From an uncultured virus (IMG/VR IMGVR_UViG_3300031853_000028) (Duplodnaviria > Heunggongvirae > Uroviricota > Caudoviricetes): DNA of 64,000 nt. The DNA is taken from IMG/VR virus record IMGVR_UViG_3300031853_000028; one strand, given 5' to 3'. Below, one piece after another: positions 32,813 to 41,533 of this stretch (position 1 is the first letter of the stretch; every line of letters begins with the position of its first letter). Under the pieces are notes generated by a model that saw only the letters and a list, made by a program, of their open reading frames with translations, was not told where the DNA came from and searched no databases. Position numbers and translations under genes: made by a program.

Positions 32813-34825
32813 ATGGCTAAAGAAATACATGAGTTAAATCTAACGTCTAATTTAAAAAATACAGATGCGTTTGTTATAGATAAAAATTCAGGTGGAAATG
32901 CTGAAAAATGTACTGTAGAACAGATAAAAAATTATACTATGAATTATTTTCCCACAGAATTACCTGCGTCTGATGTTCCTGCTTGGGCGAAAAATTCTAC
33001 AAAACCTACATACACTCCAAGTGAAATAGGTGCATTGCCTGACACCTATACTCCACCAAGTAATATTAATGATAGTAGTTCTTCTTCTTTAACTACATGG
33101 AGTTCAAGTAAAATACAAAGCGAAATAAATACTATTGAAAATGAATTAAGTAATATGTCAGATAATATGTCAGATAGTAATTTTACATTAGGAGCTACGC
33201 AATGGCATGTACCTAGATTAAGAAGTATAGGTATAGGCAATAACTGTTGGGCGAATAAATTACTAAATGCTACACCATATGATAAATATACTAATAGTGA
33301 TTCGTATGTAGAATTAAAAAATTATGGATTTAATGCTGTTAGATTTTATGTACATTATGCTTCATTTGAAGATGATGATAACCCATATACTTACAAGCAA
33401 ACAGGCTGGGATTGGTTAGACCAAAATCTTACTTGGTGTGCTAATAATAATATTGGTATGGTTTTAAGTATTCATGTTCCACAAGGTGGATTTATAAATA
33501 CTAGCAATTGTAGATTATATGATTCTGATTCAGAAGCAATAGCATATCGAGATAGATTAAAAGCTTTATGGGTAGCAGTTGCAACAAGATATAAAAATAA
33601 TACAGCTATGATTGGATATGATTTATTGAATGAACCATTCTTGCCATATAACGCAGATAGTACAATCCCATTAGATAATTATTATGATTACGTTCAAGAT
33701 ATTATAGATGGTATTAGGGCAATTGATACTAATAAATTTATTGTTTTGCAAAGACCTTTTGGTATGTTAAGAACGGTTAGTGGTAGTGGAACTACAGTAA
33801 CATATTATGACTTTCCTAGTTCATCACGTTTAGTAGATGATGAAAAAGTTTTATATGATTTTCATTGGTATGAACCATCTGCATTTTGTGACCAAAATAG
33901 AAATTCAACTAATTTAATAAAATATAATAATGATTATATTGCTATATCAAGAGGTGGGAAGTCTTATAAATCTTTAACATGGTATAATACAATCAATAAT
34001 TATAGTTATACTTCTTCTGGTTGGCAACAATTAGTAAGTGATTATATTGTTGGAGATACGACTAAAGGTGACCATTTCTTTTGGGTATTATCTGTTTATA
34101 ATGCTGGTTCAAATTCAATTGTTTATATTGACGATTTAGAAATTGAAGAATATGATTCTGATGAAAATTATATACAAACAATATATAATACAGATTATGT
34201 TAAATCATCAACTACTATTTATGGTTGGAATATGGGAACATCTACATCAAGTAATGCATGGAGTTACGATACTTCAACGAAACATAATAATTCGCATTTA
34301 GCATCAATTAAATTATCTGATGTTACAGAATCATATCAGTTGTATATGAATGATACTAGAAGTAATTTAGTTCTTAAAGATGGTTATAAATATAAATTTA
34401 AAGTGTATGTGAAATTTAGTAATTGTAGTTCTACTGTTAATCTTAAATTTGGTATGCAATATTTAAAAGCAACTCATCTGTTTACAATTAATAAAGATTA
34501 TTTAAGATATACTTTAGACAAATATATTAATTGGGCTAAATCTAATAATGTTGAATTATATTGTGGAGAGTTTGGAGTAAACGGACATTTGATAACTAAT
34601 AATAATTTAACTAATGCTACTGAATGGGTTAAAGACATGATTGATTTATTTGATGAGTATGGAATAAATTATTCATACCATGAATACCGAACATACAATT
34701 GGGGATTATATTCTGATGGTTGGTATTATGATTCAAATGGAAATCAAATAATAGCTAATGAATATCCTGATGGTTCTAATAAACGTACTGCTTTGGCTGA
34801 CGTGTTTAACACTTATGTGGAATAA
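32813..34825 (+). CDS. Tail-fibre-type N-terminus fused to a GH5 glycoside hydrolase
   Basis: VPAWAKNSTKPTYTPSEIGALP, TTWSSSKI; GFNAVRF, SIHVPQGG, LLNEP (33629-33637), FHWYEP, YCGEFG (34565-34576). Confidence 0.85.
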   Translation: MAKEIHELNLTSNLKNTDAFVIDKNSGGNAEKCTVEQIKNYTMNYFPTELPASDVPAWAKNSTKPTYTPSEIGALPDTYTPPSNINDSSSSSLTTWSSSKIQSEINTIENELSNMSDNMSDSNFTLGATQWHVPRLRSIGIGNNCWANKLLNATPYDKYTNSDSYVELKNYGFNAVRFYVHYASFEDDDNPYTYKQTGWDWLDQNLTWCANNNIGMVLSIHVPQGGFINTSNCRLYDSDSEAIAYRDRLKALWVAVATRYKNNTAMIGYDLLNEPFLPYNADSTIPLDNYYDYVQDIIDGIRAIDTNKFIVLQRPFGMLRTVSGSGTTVTYYDFPSSSRLVDDEKVLYDFHWYEPSAFCDQNRNSTNLIKYNNDYIAISRGGKSYKSLTWYNTINNYSYTSSGWQQLVSDYIVGDTTKGDHFFWVLSVYNAGSNSIVYIDDLEIEEYDSDENYIQTIYNTDYVKSSTTIYGWNMGTSTSSNAWSYDTSTKHNNSHLASIKLSDVTESYQLYMNDTRSNLVLKDGYKYKFKVYVKFSNCSSTVNLKFGMQYLKATHLFTINKDYLRYTLDKYINWAKSNNVELYCGEFGVNGHLITNNNLTNATEWVKDMIDLFDEYGINYSYHEYRTYNWGLYSDGWYYDSNGNQIIANEYPDGSNKRTALADVFNTYVE

Positions 34826-34837
34826 GGGAGTGATTGA

Positions 34838-35173
34838 ATGACTAATAATTTTGACTTGGAGTTATCGTTTACGCAAAAGTTTTTCATATTGGCTTCACTT
34901 ATATATATGATTGATGTAAATAATTTGCATGAAGATTATTATATTCAGGTTGAGATTGATGACGAAAGAGGGGGAATATTCTACATAGAGTTTAAAAATA
35001 ATAAACTTAATGTTGAACCTTATTCATATAATGATCGACATGTGATTATAAAAGGGAAATATAATTCTTTATTAAAATTATTTTCTCGAAATGAAACTAT
35101 TAATAATTGCAATGTTTATTGTTATGGGGATAAGTTTAAAGCTGAAAAGTTTTTTAGTGTATTAAACTTATAA
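34838..35173 (+). CDS. SCP2 sterol/lipid-binding-domain-like protein
   Basis: IQVEI..GGIFYIEFKNNKLNVEPYSYND..LLKL..GDKFKA resembles clostridial SCP2 proteins. Confidence 0.6.
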   Translation: MTNNFDLELSFTQKFFILASLIYMIDVNNLHEDYYIQVEIDDERGGIFYIEFKNNKLNVEPYSYNDRHVIIKGKYNSLLKLFSRNETINNCNVYCYGDKFKAEKFFSVLNL

Positions 35174-35193
35174 CCTAAGAGGGAGGTTATTTA

Positions 35194-35607
35194 ATGTTAA
35201 ATGAAATGTCAAAATGGTTTAACAGATTAAGTGTTGCATTTGGTTACATTGGTGGTATTATTTGCTACTTTCTTGGTGGATGGGATAAGTTATTAAGTAC
35301 ACTTATTACTTTGATTGTAATTGATTATGGAACTGGCGTAATTAAAGCAATGTATAAACATGAGTTATCCTCATCTGTTGGTTTTCGAGGAATATTAAAA
35401 AAGGTTATTATGTTAACTTTTGTTATTGCTTGTGTTGCTTTACAGAATGTGATTAATTTACCAATCAGAGAAATTGTTATTATGTTCTTTATTTGCAATG
35501 AGGGAATATCTATTATTGAAAACACTGGTGAAATAATTCCTATTCCAGATAAATTAAAGAATGTATTGCAACGATTAAGAGATGATGAAACAGATAAAAT
35601 TGAATAG
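35194..35607 (+). CDS. Holin (toxin secretion/phage lysis holin family)
   Basis: LGGWD..IDYGTGV..SSVGFRGILKK..NEGISIIEN..IPDKL. Confidence 0.92.
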   Translation: MLNEMSKWFNRLSVAFGYIGGIICYFLGGWDKLLSTLITLIVIDYGTGVIKAMYKHELSSSVGFRGILKKVIMLTFVIACVALQNVINLPIREIVIMFFICNEGISIIENTGEIIPIPDKLKNVLQRLRDDETDKIE

Positions 35608-35630
35608 TAAGTTATAAAGGGGTTGATGTT

Positions 35631-36431
35631 ATGGCTTACACAATTAAAACATTAATTGCTAACAGAAACAATTATGGTAATTATCGAAATAAGAAAGATA
35701 TAAAATTTGCAGTAGTTCATTATACTGCTAATGATGGTGATTCAGATGAAAACAATGCTAAATATTTTGCAAGAGAAATTGTTAAAGCCTCTGCTCATTA
35801 TTTTATTGATGATGATTCTATAACAAAATCTGTGCCTGATGAATATATAGCATATCATTGTGGTGCTAATATTTATTACAACGCATGTAGAAATAAAAAT
35901 TCTATTGGTTTTGAATTATGTGATACTGTAAAGAATGGTATTAGTGATTTTACTAATAGTGAATTATCATTAGCATGTGATTTAATAAGTGATAAAATGA
36001 TTGAATACAATATACCTTATGCTAATCTTGTAAGACATTATGATGTAACGCATAAGATATGTCCTAAACCTTTTGTTGATGATTATAACAAGTGGATTGA
36101 ATTTAAACGTAAAGTCGCTTATAAAATCTTCGTTAAAAAATTTCAAAAGATTCGTCATATAACAATTGATGGATTAGTTGGCAATGAAACTTTAGGTGCA
36201 ACAATTACAATATCTAAATACAAAAATACTCGTAATGAAATTGTTGCTATTATTCAAGAATATCTTAATATCTTAGGATATGATTGTGGTACAGTTGATG
36301 GAATTGCAGGTAATAAGTTTGATATGGCGATTAAGAAATATCAAAAAGAAGTTGTTGGTTTATCTAATTGTGATGGAGAACTTACTGCTGGAAAATTAAC
36401 TTGGAAAACTTTATTAAAGTATAACAAATAA
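35631..36431 (+). CDS. Endolysin, N-acetylmuramoyl-L-alanine amidase with PG-binding repeats
   Basis: VVHYTAN..ASAHYFID..AYHCG..SIGFE..RHYDVTHKICP; DGLVG/DGIAG repeats. Confidence 0.92.
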   Translation: MAYTIKTLIANRNNYGNYRNKKDIKFAVVHYTANDGDSDENNAKYFAREIVKASAHYFIDDDSITKSVPDEYIAYHCGANIYYNACRNKNSIGFELCDTVKNGISDFTNSELSLACDLISDKMIEYNIPYANLVRHYDVTHKICPKPFVDDYNKWIEFKRKVAYKIFVKKFQKIRHITIDGLVGNETLGATITISKYKNTRNEIVAIIQEYLNILGYDCGTVDGIAGNKFDMAIKKYQKEVVGLSNCDGELTAGKLTWKTLLKYNK

Positions 36432-36439
36432 TTTATTTT

Positions 36440-36472
36440 AAAGAGAGTCAATTTAATTGGCTCTCTTTTTTT
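36440..36472 (+). terminator. Intrinsic terminator after the lysis genes
   Basis: AAGAGAGTCAAT..ATTGGCTCTCTT followed by a T tract. Confidence 0.8.
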
Positions 36473-36494
36473 ATAATATAAAGGAGTTTTTTTT

Positions 36495-37094
36495 ATGAAT
36501 AAAGATTGGATAGGAAATTCAAAAAGCACATTTACATCATTAGGTGCAAGTAACCATTCAAATTACGAGAGAGTAAGCAATGATTATTATGCAACAGACC
36601 CTAAAGCATTAGAATTATTATTAGACGAGTTTATGTTTCATAAAAATATTTATGAGTGTGCGTGTGGTGAAGGAAATTTATCTAAAGTTTTGTTAGAACG
36701 TGGATATAATGTTTATTCAACAGACTTAATTGATAGAGGTTATGGTAGGGGGGGGATTGACTTTTTAAAGACAACCGAATTGCCTATGCCACATATGGAC
36801 ATTATAACAAATCCACCATATAAGTATGCCAAAGAATTTGTTGAACATTCGTTAGATTTAATTGAAGAAGATTATTATGTTGCAATGTTTTTAAAATTAA
36901 CATTCTTAGAAAGTAAAGGAAGAAGAAAGTTATTTGACGAAAATCCCCCAGAGTGGATTGTAGTAAGTAGTAATAGAATAGGATGTTATAGAAATAATGA
37001 TATGTCCTCCTATTCAGCTGGAGCCATTGCTTATGCATGGTTTATTTGGAAGAAAGGATATAAAGATTATCCTAAAATTATATGGTTTAATTAA
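36495..37094 (+). CDS. Orphan amino (N6A/N4C) DNA methyltransferase
   Basis: DYYAT, ECACGEG (SAM binding), IITNPPY (catalytic), YAWFIW. Confidence 0.82.
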   Translation: MNKDWIGNSKSTFTSLGASNHSNYERVSNDYYATDPKALELLLDEFMFHKNIYECACGEGNLSKVLLERGYNVYSTDLIDRGYGRGGIDFLKTTELPMPHMDIITNPPYKYAKEFVEHSLDLIEEDYYVAMFLKLTFLESKGRRKLFDENPPEWIVVSSNRIGCYRNNDMSSYSAGAIAYAWFIWKKGYKDYPKIIWFN

Positions 37095-37119
37095 TAAATA
37101 TTTTTTAACAATTAAAATA

Positions 37120-37239
37120 AATAGTGTTGATGAAACAGGTATTTATGCAGACCCTAGTTTTGAAGATATTCAAGATGATTTAACAGGTGACTTTTCTTTA
37201 ACAGATGAATCTCCTTGTATTAATATGGGTGCTTATTAG
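37120..37239 (+). pseudogene. Orphan C-terminal fragment (choice-of-anchor-Q / beta-helix tail motif)
   Basis: ADPSFEDIQDDLTGDFSLTDESPCINMGAY* with no credible start. Confidence 0.55.
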
Positions 37240-37258
37240 TTTAGATATAATTTAAAAC

Positions 37259-37293
37259 AAAAGGACTTCTTTCTTAATCGAAGAAGTCCTTTT
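37259..37293. terminator. Bidirectional terminator where the two genome arms converge
   Basis: AAAAGGACTTCTT ... AAGAAGTCCTTTT. Confidence 0.85.
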
Positions 37294-37419
37294 TAAAACA
37301 AAACAAACAATATTAAATAAAATTAAATAAAAAAAAGAAAATGTGTTACAACTAAAAACAAACCACAAAGCAAAAAATATGTTAGTTAATTGTAGTAACA
37401 ACAACTTATCAACAAACAT

Positions 37420-37448
37420 AGCATATCATATAATTTGATTTTTGTCAA
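37420..37448 (-). promoter_or_regulatory. SigA-type promoter with extended -10
   Basis: TTGACA-17 bp-TATGCT, with TG one base upstream of the -10. Confidence 0.65.
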
Positions 37449-37456
37449 TATTAAAT

Positions 37457-37864
37457 TTATCTTTCTATCTGATTTAAATATTTCTTCTCTCCATCAGTTA
37501 CATTCATTCTATCTTTCATCAATTCACCAAGACCTTTGATATTATATTCATCATCATAATGCATAACTCTTAATTGATATAATTCTGTTACAATATGTTC
37601 TACTGTACAATTTGTTGATTGTTCCCATCCTTGACAGAAGTATACAACATCTGCTTTAGACATTGCTTTAACGCAATCTCCAAGAATTGAAACTTCAATA
37701 TTTGTTCTTGATATATCGCTAGGTGGTTCGAAGAAAGAATCTAATACTCTAAACTTCTCTCCCTCTAATCTAATAGATATATCAGCCATAGCATTTCGTC
37801 TTTCAATTAGAATATCTTCTTCACTTCTATTTTTCATTGGTTGAGATATGTATATAAGTTTCAC
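37457..37864 (-). CDS. DUF4406 / nucleoside 2-deoxyribosyltransferase-like protein
   Basis: IYISQPM..MSKADVVYFCQGWEQS..C.VE. Confidence 0.7.
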   Translation of the reverse strand: MKLIYISQPMKNRSEEDILIERRNAMADISIRLEGEKFRVLDSFFEPPSDISRTNIEVSILGDCVKAMSKADVVYFCQGWEQSTNCTVEHIVTELYQLRVMHYDDEYNIKGLGELMKDRMNVTDGEKKYLNQIER

Positions 37865-37895
37865 AATAAATCATCCTTTCTTTTTTAGATAGGTG

Positions 37896-38207
37896 TTATT
37901 CCTTTCTGTTCTCAAAATCTTTTTTTACCCATTCAGTAACAACTATTGTTTTTTCTGTTTTCACAACTTCATAAGGTTGCTCATAAAACGCATTGTCTTG
38001 TAATTCTGTAAGTCCTTCCTCCCAATCAATTGCAAAATATCTACCTTTCAAATCAATAATGCTCTGAACACTTCGACTCCATCTCCTATTCTCCCCATAC
38101 TTAGTGTCAATACTAAACCCCCATACAAGGTCTTCAATTTCGCTTTCAGTTAACTCAATCTTGTTATCAATCTTCTCCATCATTTCTAATTCAAAAGTAT
38201 CTTCCAT
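37896..38207 (-). CDS. Hypothetical phage protein
   Basis: ORF with SD, in operon. Confidence 0.65.
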   Translation of the reverse strand: MEDTFELEMMEKIDNKIELTESEIEDLVWGFSIDTKYGENRRWSRSVQSIIDLKGRYFAIDWEEGLTELQDNAFYEQPYEVVKTEKTIVVTEWVKKDFENRKE

Positions 38208-38212
38208 TTGTT

Positions 38213-38578
38213 TTATTCTCCTTTCTTTATTTGCTCAAATTTTACACCACAATGTTCGCAATATCTTATACCCCATTGAGGTAGAAGTCTAGTTCTACAT
38301 TCAGAACACACATATAAAGGTTCTATATAATCATCATCCCAAGGATAGGCATTACTTTCTTCTCTTACTGATATAATATGTCCTGTTCTTGCTTGATTAT
38401 GTAAAGCATTAATCGCCATTCTTAACCATTCTTTCTGCTCTCCTATGTTGCCTTGTGCATAATTCAATTTACAGTTATCACAATCTCTAGCATTGCACAT
38501 TATGTCTGTGCCAGATGTACTTCTTTGCAGACATTCTAACTTTGCTTCAATCATGCTTACTGCCTCTTTATTTGTCAT
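38213..38578 (-). CDS. Cys-rich zinc-ribbon protein
   Basis: CxxxxCxxC and CSEC...YCEHCG. Confidence 0.65.
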   Translation of the reverse strand: MTNKEAVSMIEAKLECLQRSTSGTDIMCNARDCDNCKLNYAQGNIGEQKEWLRMAINALHNQARTGHIISVREESNAYPWDDDYIEPLYVCSECRTRLLPQWGIRYCEHCGVKFEQIKKGE

Positions 38579-38619
38579 ACTTCTTCACTCTCCTTATTCG
38601 CTTCTATGATGATTAATAT

Positions 38620-39183
38620 CTATAATTCATTTCCTAAACTATCCCATCCATTCCTTGTGTTTCGTGCAAATAATTCTAACTTTTTTGCATCAGGAAATAA
38701 ATCCTCTATCATTTTATATGCCTTTTCTGGTTTCTCGCTATGTTTTTTAACTTGCTCTATTATGACATCAGAATAAACACCTCTTTTATCTTCAATAGGC
38801 ATTAATATATTTCCTTTCTTGTAATACCATAATAAATATTCATGTGCATATCTAATGGTAAAAGCCGTGGGAATGCCTGTCACTTTATCCCATATTATCC
38901 TTGCATGTCTTTTATAACCCAATTGATTTTCCATAAAATCTTCTGTTTGTTGTAAATATTTATCTATTGTCCAAATAAATATATTATGTTTTTGTGAAGT
39001 ATTATTGATGAATATTTTTTTATGAAATTGTATAATATCTTCTAATTCCATTGTGTCATAATCTAACTCATTTCCAGATGTATTTGGTCTAACAGCCTTT
39101 TTATTTCCTTTTTTCTGCTTCCATGGTGGGTCGGTATATACAATATCATATTTACTTGTCAATTCTTTTTCTTTTAATATCAT
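38620..39183 (-). CDS. MT-A70-family adenine methyltransferase
   Basis: YDIVYTDPPW..YDTM..IWDK..HSEKPE..LELFAR..GWDSLGNE. Confidence 0.9.
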   Translation of the reverse strand: MILKEKELTSKYDIVYTDPPWKQKKGNKKAVRPNTSGNELDYDTMELEDIIQFHKKIFINNTSQKHNIFIWTIDKYLQQTEDFMENQLGYKRHARIIWDKVTGIPTAFTIRYAHEYLLWYYKKGNILMPIEDKRGVYSDVIIEQVKKHSEKPEKAYKMIEDLFPDAKKLELFARNTRNGWDSLGNEL

Positions 39184-39198
39184 ATATTATTCTCCTCC

Positions 39199-40132
39199 TT
39201 ATCTGCTTCTATATAATCTATCATTTAATGGGTCCTCAATTTCTCGTTGGTGTGGTCTCGCATAAAACTCTGTACACTCCAATGTAACTTTAACGTATGG
39301 GTGTGTTGCTTCGACCTTTGTTTTTTCAAAGTATATTTTTGCATTGCAAACGTTGTTGTGAATACAAGATTCACAAGGTATTTTTACATCTGCCATAGTT
39401 ATTCCTCTCTTTCTGCGTTATACAGTTCCGACAACATTATTTTATTTTATCGCCAACATTAAAGGTTATAGGATTTTTTGCTACAAAACTATTACCCCAA
39501 ACATCCTTATATCTACCTTTAGTCCAATATTTAACTAAATCACGTTCGGTTTGTAATGTTCCGCAATGGTGGATATATTCAACTATTCCATTTTTGTTTA
39601 CTAACACTGCGTGATAATCAAGTCCCATATTCTTATTCCTCACTTTCTACCTTGTACTTGTCAATAATTTTAAACACATCATGCAATGTTATAGCAGGGT
39701 CATTTCCTCGTCCTACTGTTATGCAACATTCTCTTTCTATCTCGGCTCTTATCTTGTCTATTCTTTCCAACCATTCATCATTAGCATTGTCATAGCCTTG
39801 CTTATAGTCAATCTCATATTGGTTCATCATACTTCCTCACTTTCCTGTGGTTCACCTATCATGGAGTATAACTGACTTCTCACAATACCTATCTGGTCAT
39901 CAATGTATTTTTTTAATCTCGGCTCCCTATCTCCCTTAAACCATTTCGCCTTAAATCGTTCTAAAGTCAATCTGTATGTTTCCTCTGATGAGTCATAACT
40001 CTGCCACCACTCCAAGTCATGTAATACCTCACATAAATCTTTTATAAGGTCATTCATTTCAGCATCATACATTCTGTTTTCACATTCTTCTGATAGCTTG
40101 CTATATATGTAGTTATAACTTCCACCACTCAT
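39199..40132 (-). CDS. Run of four small hypothetical genes (39199-39396, 39437-39643, 39633-39830, 39827-40132)
   Basis: Tightly packed or overlapping ORFs with SD-like ends (ESEE/ESEEV). Confidence 0.6.
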
Positions 40133-40404
40133 CTTTCTACCTCACGTTCTAACTTTATGCATTTGTTCTCAAATTTTTTATATGCGTCTAAATATAACTC
40201 TTGCTTATCTCCATTTAGTGTTAACTCATAATACATACCATCTGGAAGTGTTGTACTAACTAACGCTTTCCAATTTTGTAATGTTTTGCAATACCATACT
40301 AAATAAACCTCATAATATGGTATTCCGTCACTCTTGTCCAAATGTTCGTCTACATATTTCCATACTATATCTTTGCATAACTGTATAAATTTATTATCTT
40401 GCAT
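40129..40404 (-). CDS. DUF6275-family protein
   Basis: VWYCKTLQNWKALVST..DGMYYELTLNGDKQELYLDAYKKFEN. Confidence 0.8.
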   Translation of the reverse strand: MQDNKFIQLCKDIVWKYVDEHLDKSDGIPYYEVYLVWYCKTLQNWKALVSTTLPDGMYYELTLNGDKQELYLDAYKKFENKCIKLEREVER

Positions 40405-40408
40405 TTTT

Positions 40409-40815
40409 TTAATCCTCGCTTTCTGCTTTGTTCTTGATTGCTTCTATCGCATCATAAAGTCCGTCATGATAGCCAATTGCATATTGGTTGTCTGTGATAT
40501 AACATTTTTGCTCAAACTCTTGTCGTGCTAACTCTGGGTCTACATTAAATTCTCTCTTAGCAACTAAAACAGCATCATCTAAACTTAAAAATAATTTATT
40601 CATTCTTCTACCTCTTTCCTTAACCATTCTTCTGTTCTTTTTGTACAGTTTATATCATCATACCATCGACACTCCGTTGTACATTTATCTGTTATTACTC
40701 TGCCCTTTTCATCAAAACAATAGTCCTTAGCGATATGATAAATTATATCATTCCTTATGCTCTCATTTGTCCTTAAAATCATTTCAAAATTAGTCATTAT
40801 TTTATTACTCCTCAT
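40409..40815 (-). CDS. Two small hypothetical genes (40409-40627, 40600-40815)
   Basis: Overlapping ORFs; MTNFE...C..C..C..EWL pattern in the second. Confidence 0.55.
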
Positions 40816-41038
40816 TTCTATTAATTATATGTTTTTTATATAATCCACAATGGCACCAACCTTCTTCTAACTCAACAAATGATTTACATATACATTTGGT
40901 ATCTTGCGAATACCCATCAGGACTTGTTTTATCTTTAATCTTTAATTGACATGGACAGTAACCATTATTCTTTTTTAAAGCATCTTCTATTTTTTTTCTA
41001 TGTTTTTCATCTTTTGTTACTTCAATTATATAATCCAT
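40805..41038 (-). CDS. Ferredoxin:thioredoxin reductase catalytic-subunit-like protein
   Basis: GYCPC...CIC...CHCGLY. Confidence 0.8.
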   Translation of the reverse strand: MDYIIEVTKDEKHRKKIEDALKKNNGYCPCQLKIKDKTSPDGYSQDTKCICKSFVELEEGWCHCGLYKKHIINRNEE

Positions 41039-41054
41039 ATTTATTCCTCACTTT

Positions 41055-41531
41055 CTATTTAGGACTTATATATTTAGCATATTGATTATCGCTTGCTAAT
41101 CTAACTCCTAACACTTTATCATAATGCGATTTCTGATTTGGTATAAATCTACCAAACTTAACAATAATGTTTCTGCAATTAGATATTCTTTTAATCTTAT
41201 CTTCTATTTCATCTTCGTTATATCCAGTGTATATTACAATAGGATCGTTATAATATTTTCTGAATAATAATACCAATTCAAATACATCTTCAAAATCATC
41301 AAATGGTTCTAAACCACCTAGCACTAATGCTTTGCACATCTTTGAATTTGCATATGCTTTCAATATATCATCATATGATATATCTATAGATGTTGACTCA
41401 GCCAATGATTTATTTTGACAATTACAGTTGTACTCCTTCTCACACTTAAAAGTACAATGTGAGAAGGCAACAACCATTGAAGGAATTTTGAATTGTACTA
41501 CATCATAAGTGATTAAGTTTTTTACAATCAA
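41055..41531 (-). CDS. nrdG: Anaerobic RNR activase (radical SAM)
   Basis: CTFKC..CNCQN, LGGLEPF, IYTGY, KFGRF, ASDNQ; TTG start after SD. Confidence 0.85.
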   Translation of the reverse strand: MIVKNLITYDVVQFKIPSMVVAFSHCTFKCEKEYNCNCQNKSLAESTSIDISYDDILKAYANSKMCKALVLGGLEPFDDFEDVFELVLLFRKYYNDPIVIYTGYNEDEIEDKIKRISNCRNIIVKFGRFIPNQKSHYDKVLGVRLASDNQYAKYISPK

Positions 41532-41533
41532 AA

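Noticed and set aside
6817..33440. GH5 paralogue similarity or fibre repeats as a DGR template/variable pair
   Set aside because: Differences are not adenine-specific and no reverse transcriptase is in the window
36997..37239. 80-aa ORF as an intact gene
   Set aside because: The first half overlaps the MTase out of frame with no SD; only the last ~40 codons look protein-like
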